Below are positions 60,162 to 64,000 of a stretch of 64,000 nt of DNA, one piece after another (positions within the stretch are counted from its first letter, which is position 1; the number at the start of each line of letters is the position of its first letter). The position numbers and the translations under genes were made by a program. Under the pieces are notes generated by a model. The model did no database searches and had not been told where the DNA came from. It saw only the letters and a program-made list of their open reading frames with translations. The DNA lies in the NCBI GenBank assembly GCA_049519355.1, contig JBEKQV010000001.1, forward strand, positions 193 through 64,192, written 5' to 3'. Source of the DNA: Candidatus Microgenomates bacterium. GTDB taxonomy: Bacteria; Patescibacteriota; Microgenomatia; UBA8517.

Positions 60162-60908
60162 TTAGACCTTATATTTTCCCTGAAGAGCGTTAAGACGGAC
60201 CAAGATAAGCCCCCTAAGCCCTTCGATTGAGTCCTTAATCGGGTCAACTTTTGTTCCCTCTTTGTGATGCCAGTCAACCGGAACCTCGGCAATTCGGTAA
60301 CCAAGCTTTCTGGCAACGTAGAGAATTTCCAGATCAAATCCGGCCGTAACTGAGGCTCCAGTATTTTCACTCGTGGCATTGAAAATTTCCAAGCGCTTAA
60401 AAATCCCTTCGGCAGATGAATTGGTAAACGCCTTAAAGCCACACTGGGTGTCTTTAAACGGAAGTCTCAAAATTAAAAGACGAAGAAGGGAAAATCCCGA
60501 AGCCATGATTTTACGAATTAGCGGTGCCCCTTCCCTTCCGTGGCGGGAACCGATAACGACATCGTAGCCCTCTTTAAATTTCGGCAAAACCTTTTCAAGC
60601 TGATCTATCGGCGTCGCCTGATCGGCGTCGGTAAATAAAATTATGTCGCCTCTTGCTTTAAGCATACCGGCAATCACCGTTCCACCTTTTCCCCTGTGAG
60701 GTTCAGTCAAAACCGAAAAATTATTGTGTTTTTTGGCAAAATCTTCCGCAATTTTTAATGTAGAGTCCGTTGAGCCGTCATCGACAAACAGAATTTCCCA
60801 GGAGTATTTTTGTTCTTTGAGATAATCGTAAACGGAATCCAGAACTCCTGTTCGCAAGTTATATTCTTCATTGAAGGCCGGTATAACAACGCTTAAAAAC
60901 GGTTTCAT
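60162..60908 (-). CDS. Polyprenyl-phosphate sugar synthase (GT2; DPM1/GtrB-like)
   Basis: 248 aa. LSVVIPAFNEEYNL...ILFVDDGSTDST...LFTDADQATP; short catalytic-domain-only form. Confidence 0.65.
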   Translation of the reverse strand: MKPFLSVVIPAFNEEYNLRTGVLDSVYDYLKEQKYSWEILFVDDGSTDSTLKIAEDFAKKHNNFSVLTEPHRGKGGTVIAGMLKARGDIILFTDADQATPIDQLEKVLPKFKEGYDVVIGSRHGREGAPLIRKIMASGFSLLRLLILRLPFKDTQCGFKAFTNSSAEGIFKRLEIFNATSENTGASVTAGFDLEILYVARKLGYRIAEVPVDWHHKEGTKVDPIKDSIEGLRGLILVRLNALQGKYKV

Positions 60909-62410
60909 TTTGTATATAACGTCCTTTCCCTTTCTTGAACCGTGATTCCGCCAAACGAAACCTGCTTGATAACTTTCCCGATTCCTTTTTGCCTACCAAG
61001 CCAAGCCTGAAGCCGCTCAGGATGCGGCGGGTCAACTTCATATAATGTAAATAGAAGTGGAATTTGCTGATCAACCGGCAGCTTATGATACTTTGTGGTT
61101 CCAAGCCATTCAAACAAATAATTATATGAGTAGGGAATTACGGGCGGGACATATTCATCAACATTAAAATTCTGCGAACCTGCATTTTTGTAAATCCAAT
61201 CTATTGCTTCCTCTTGATTAACCAAGCAGATACTCTCCGTCCCTTGGCAAGTGTCGTGAATCCTCCCCCAAACAACAGGAACGTTATTGATATAAAAAAG
61301 AAAGAAAAAACAAAGCACAAAAACCACACCGATGATTTTCAACTTCCAAATTCTTCCCAATACAATTGCAAAAAGCAAAATAAAAATCAGGTAATAACCG
61401 GTCATGTAATAGTCATATAAAATTCCGTAATTTCCCTGATAAAAATAAAGTCCGACAACTGCAGATAACAAAAGAAGTAAAATTACATTTACCTTAGTGT
61501 TCTTAATTAGTTTTGGTAAAAACGCCAAAAATGAAATTCCTGTAATTACCATTACCGCGGAATTAAAATTATTTCCAGACTGGAAAATTTTGTTTGTAAA
61601 AATATTAACGTAATCTGAAGTCCTGGATTTAATGAAAACCCAACTTGGCATTCCAAAGCTTCCGCTACCCATACCGAAAGTCCCAAATAAATTATGCAAA
61701 AGAATATGTTGATGTTTAATATCAAACAAAACAAGTGGCGCAAATGTCAGAAAAAATAAAATTGCTGATAAAATAAAATTTTTTAAATCAGGTCGATTTT
61801 TCCACTGCCAGATTAAAAAAATCGCCAACGCAGGAAAGTAGAAAAACTCACCTGAAGAACCAAAACTAAAAAGTGATAGTCCCGCAACCGTGGCAATAAC
61901 CGGCCAGCCCCACTTTTTTCCTTCAGTCACTTTAATCATTGCCCAAACCAATACTAAAGAAAGCAGAAGCATCGGCGTGGGATTACTTAACCAGCGGGAG
62001 GCCAAAACTATATTAAATGAAAATCCGGCAATAATTGCAGCTATTATTCCCGTAGTTTTATCCTGAATTTTCGTCCCAAGGTGGTATATCAACCAAACCG
62101 CAACCACTGTGGTAAATGCCAAAAATACAAACGGCAAAATCGGACTCCCGTGTCCTATCCAATAAAATGGTGCAAGAAGATAATAATAATAAGGCGCTCT
62201 AAAAATTCCGGGCAGCCCTGTGGTTGGACCTATTAAGAAAAATTTGTGGTTGTAAATAAAATCCCAAATGACCAAAGCATCGCGGCCCTGATCGTAATAA
62301 AAATTTAAGATTTGATTAACTCTAAAAACCCTGAGGATAAAAGCACCAATTAAAATAATAGAAATTAAAATATTCTGAACAGAAAAAATTTTTTTAATCT
62401 TTTTTGGCAT
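60905..62410 (-). CDS. Polytopic membrane protein, family D paralog 3
   Basis: 501 aa. FYYDQGRDALVIWDF and C-terminus GGITVQERERTLYTK. Confidence 0.45.
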   Translation of the reverse strand: MPKKIKKIFSVQNILISIILIGAFILRVFRVNQILNFYYDQGRDALVIWDFIYNHKFFLIGPTTGLPGIFRAPYYYYLLAPFYWIGHGSPILPFVFLAFTTVVAVWLIYHLGTKIQDKTTGIIAAIIAGFSFNIVLASRWLSNPTPMLLLSLVLVWAMIKVTEGKKWGWPVIATVAGLSLFSFGSSGEFFYFPALAIFLIWQWKNRPDLKNFILSAILFFLTFAPLVLFDIKHQHILLHNLFGTFGMGSGSFGMPSWVFIKSRTSDYVNIFTNKIFQSGNNFNSAVMVITGISFLAFLPKLIKNTKVNVILLLLLSAVVGLYFYQGNYGILYDYYMTGYYLIFILLFAIVLGRIWKLKIIGVVFVLCFFFLFYINNVPVVWGRIHDTCQGTESICLVNQEEAIDWIYKNAGSQNFNVDEYVPPVIPYSYNYLFEWLGTTKYHKLPVDQQIPLLFTLYEVDPPHPERLQAWLGRQKGIGKVIKQVSFGGITVQERERTLYTK

Positions 62411-63383
62411 ACTTTCTAACTGCTTCCAGAGCTTTTTCTACTGCTTCGTCAAAAGCCACATCTCTAATTATGGCAGCCGCTGCTTGTTTGTGACCACCAC
62501 CTCCGAGAGCCTCAGCTGCTTCTGAAATATCAAAACCTTCTTTTGCCCGCAAACTAACATTCAAAAAGTTTTTCTTCTCTTCAACCATTATTATTCCAAA
62601 ATCAGCATCCGCAATTGAAGAAGCGAAAAGGCTAGCTGCCATACTTTTTACTCCACTTGAATCTGGGTAAAGAATAACCGTTTCATAGGGAATGGCCGAC
62701 CAGATAAACCGATGTTCCTTATCAATCTTTATATTTTTTAAAACCTCACCAAGCAGCTTAATCTGATCCAAACTTATATTCCGATATAAATTGAGGATTA
62801 TTTTGTTCTTATCACCACCCAGCTCCATAAGTCTCGCCATTGTTTTAGCTGCACCAACATCAGCCCAAGGATGCTGTAATGAAGAAGTATCGTAAATAAG
62901 CCCAGCTAACAAATCCTCAGCAATTTCTTTTGTAATTTTAACTTCCCAATCAGAAAAAAGCCTAAACAATATTTCTCCTGTCGAACTTCTTTCAAAGTCT
63001 ACAAGGTTAATTTCACCAAGCTTTTTATTTGTACGATGGTGATCAATAATAATCTTTTTAATTTCTGGAATTTTTTCTTTGCCATATCCTGCTACTTGAG
63101 ACCACTCCGAAGAATCGAGAATCAAAAATAGATCAAAGGCTGAAAAGTTAAACTTATCAAAATCTATTTTTTGTATAGATTCGGATGAGTTTAAAAATTT
63201 GGAATCAGACGAAACATTATTGGGACAAATTACTTCTACAGACTTACCCATATGCATCAGAACCCTCCGCATAGCTAATGCGCTTCCTACACTATCAGGA
63301 TCAGGGCTTCTGTGACAATTGATTAAAATCTTATTTGCCTTTTTAATTTCCGCCAATATTTTGGTCGATTCTTTGTAATTCAT
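62394..63383 (-). CDS. nrnA: DHH/DHHA1 phosphoesterase, NrnA-like (oligoribonuclease/pAp phosphatase)
   Basis: 329 aa. ...NCHRSPDPDSVGSALAM..., IIIDHHRTN (DHH) and GGGGHKQAAAA (DHHA1 GGGH). Confidence 0.7.
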   Translation of the reverse strand: MNYKESTKILAEIKKANKILINCHRSPDPDSVGSALAMRRVLMHMGKSVEVICPNNVSSDSKFLNSSESIQKIDFDKFNFSAFDLFLILDSSEWSQVAGYGKEKIPEIKKIIIDHHRTNKKLGEINLVDFERSSTGEILFRLFSDWEVKITKEIAEDLLAGLIYDTSSLQHPWADVGAAKTMARLMELGGDKNKIILNLYRNISLDQIKLLGEVLKNIKIDKEHRFIWSAIPYETVILYPDSSGVKSMAASLFASSIADADFGIIMVEEKKNFLNVSLRAKEGFDISEAAEALGGGGHKQAAAAIIRDVAFDEAVEKALEAVRKYAKKD

Positions 63384-63392
63384 AATTTAAAA

Positions 63393-64000
63393 CTATTGTG
63401 TGTGCACCAGTTTGTATATTATAACGCCGTCCAACGGCCAACTGCTGTCTATTTTACTCCAACCAAAACTTGCTATTTGGGATTTGGGATTATGAGTCGG
63501 GTCACATTTACTGGTAGGAATAAGTTCGCACACGGCAAATAGCTGATTCGCAAAAGTAGAAGGATTAGTTGCATCAATTTCCAAAACTTTTCCACCGTAA
63601 AGTTCTACAAAATACTGATACCCTGCTTCATAGTTCGTATCGGCAATAACCGCCAGATTCATAGGCTTCCCAGCAGCTTCTTTAACTATTAGTCTTGCCA
63701 CATCTTCACTTCGTTGCAAAAGCCTATTGGGTTCTTTTCTTAACGGGTTATTAACTATGTTGATTCCAATCAAATACAAAAGAAGTAAAACCCCCAACCA
63801 TTTGATAATTTTTCCGCCGGACAAAAGCATGGAGATGATACTCCCTATTAAAAGAAACGGCACAACAAACATAAAACCGAGATAATGGTCATAAATATTT
63901 TCTTTATAAAGACCAAGGCCAATTAGACCAAAACCAAGCCAGGAAAAAATAAGCCAATACTGATTGGCAAGTTTTAAACTTTTCCTCTTTAAGTAATTTC
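63393..64000 (-). CDS. Partial membrane/periplasmic protein whose 5' end lies beyond the window; unknown function
   Basis: The minus-strand frame stays open from 63872 to the window end (...NYLKRKSLKLANQYWLIFSWLGFGLIGLGLYKENIYDHYLGFMFVVPFLLIG...). The listed ORF 63393..63872 is probably only its C-terminal part. Confidence 0.4.
   Translation of the reverse strand, partial: NYLKRKSLKLANQYWLIFSWLGFGLIGLGLYKENIYDHYLGFMFVVPFLLIGSIISMLLSGGKIIKWLGVLLLLYLIGINIVNNPLRKEPNRLLQRSEDVARLIVKEAAGKPMNLAVIADTNYEAGYQYFVELYGGKVLEIDATNPSTFANQLFAVCELIPTSKCDPTHNPKSQIASFGWSKIDSSWPLDGVIIYKLVHTQ

Noticed and set aside
1-64000. Searched for CRISPR repeats, tRNA/rRNA genes, integrase, transposase, reverse-transcriptase or toxin-antitoxin signatures that would mark a mobile or defence island
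   Set aside because: I could not recognise any. Intergenic space is almost nil (largest gaps 50-56 bp), and every long ORF has a glycan-biosynthesis, membrane or housekeeping (NrnA) assignment. The island looks chromosomal and biosynthetic rather than mobile or defensive.

Overview
The window is AT-rich and almost entirely coding, with about 55 genes, 51 of them on the minus strand. They are packed with 4-20 nt start/stop overlaps and frequent TTG/GTG alternative starts. I saw no rRNA, tRNA, CRISPR array, transposase or integrase. Functionally the whole ~63 kb reads as one cell-surface glycan and glycosylation island.

- **1-5 kb: nonulosonic-acid cassette.** A NeuB/PseI-family synthase, a single ORF fusing a DegT-type PLP aminotransferase to a CMP-NeuAc-synthetase-like cytidylyltransferase, and a PseB/FlaA1-like 4,6-dehydratase. 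A SAM methyltransferase sits beside it, and a truncated paralog of that methyltransferase lies at the window edge, marked by a 118-bp near-identical direct repeat.
- **5-13.7 kb: capped-glycan export module.** A GT-B-like protein of unknown function, a Zn-ribbon C-methyltransferase, two FkbM-family methyltransferases, a Wzm/Wzt ABC exporter (Wzt has a C-terminal extension), a GT2 and an epimerase/dehydratase.
- **15-22.8 kb: soluble GT2/GT4 enzymes.** This stretch includes a GT2 with a methyltransferase-remnant N-terminus, a GtrB/DPM1-like polyprenyl-phosphate-sugar synthase paired with a DUF2304-like small membrane protein, and a GDP-L-fucose synthase.
- **22.8-62.4 kb: array of about 25 polytopic membrane proteins.** The array has four parts:
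  - **Family A:** seven paralogs carrying a loop-1 'DE' motif typical of PMT/ArnT-type GT-C glycosyltransferases.
  - **ArnT-like DE-motif variants:** three more genes, two of them as an inverted pair.
  - **Families B, C and D:** three further families, each present in three copies, with conserved motifs I cannot assign to a known family.
  - **Others:** a Wzx-type flippase, a second DPM1-like GT2 and a GT4/GT2 cluster are embedded in the array.
- **62.4-63.4 kb:** an NrnA-like DHH/DHHA1 phosphoesterase, followed by a partial membrane-protein gene running off the right edge.

The organism is probably a low-GC bacterium with a reduced genome, possibly of the CPR/Patescibacteria type; that is inference only. 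The main candidate for novelty is the multi-family GT-C-like membrane-protein array coupled to polyprenyl-phosphate-sugar synthases.
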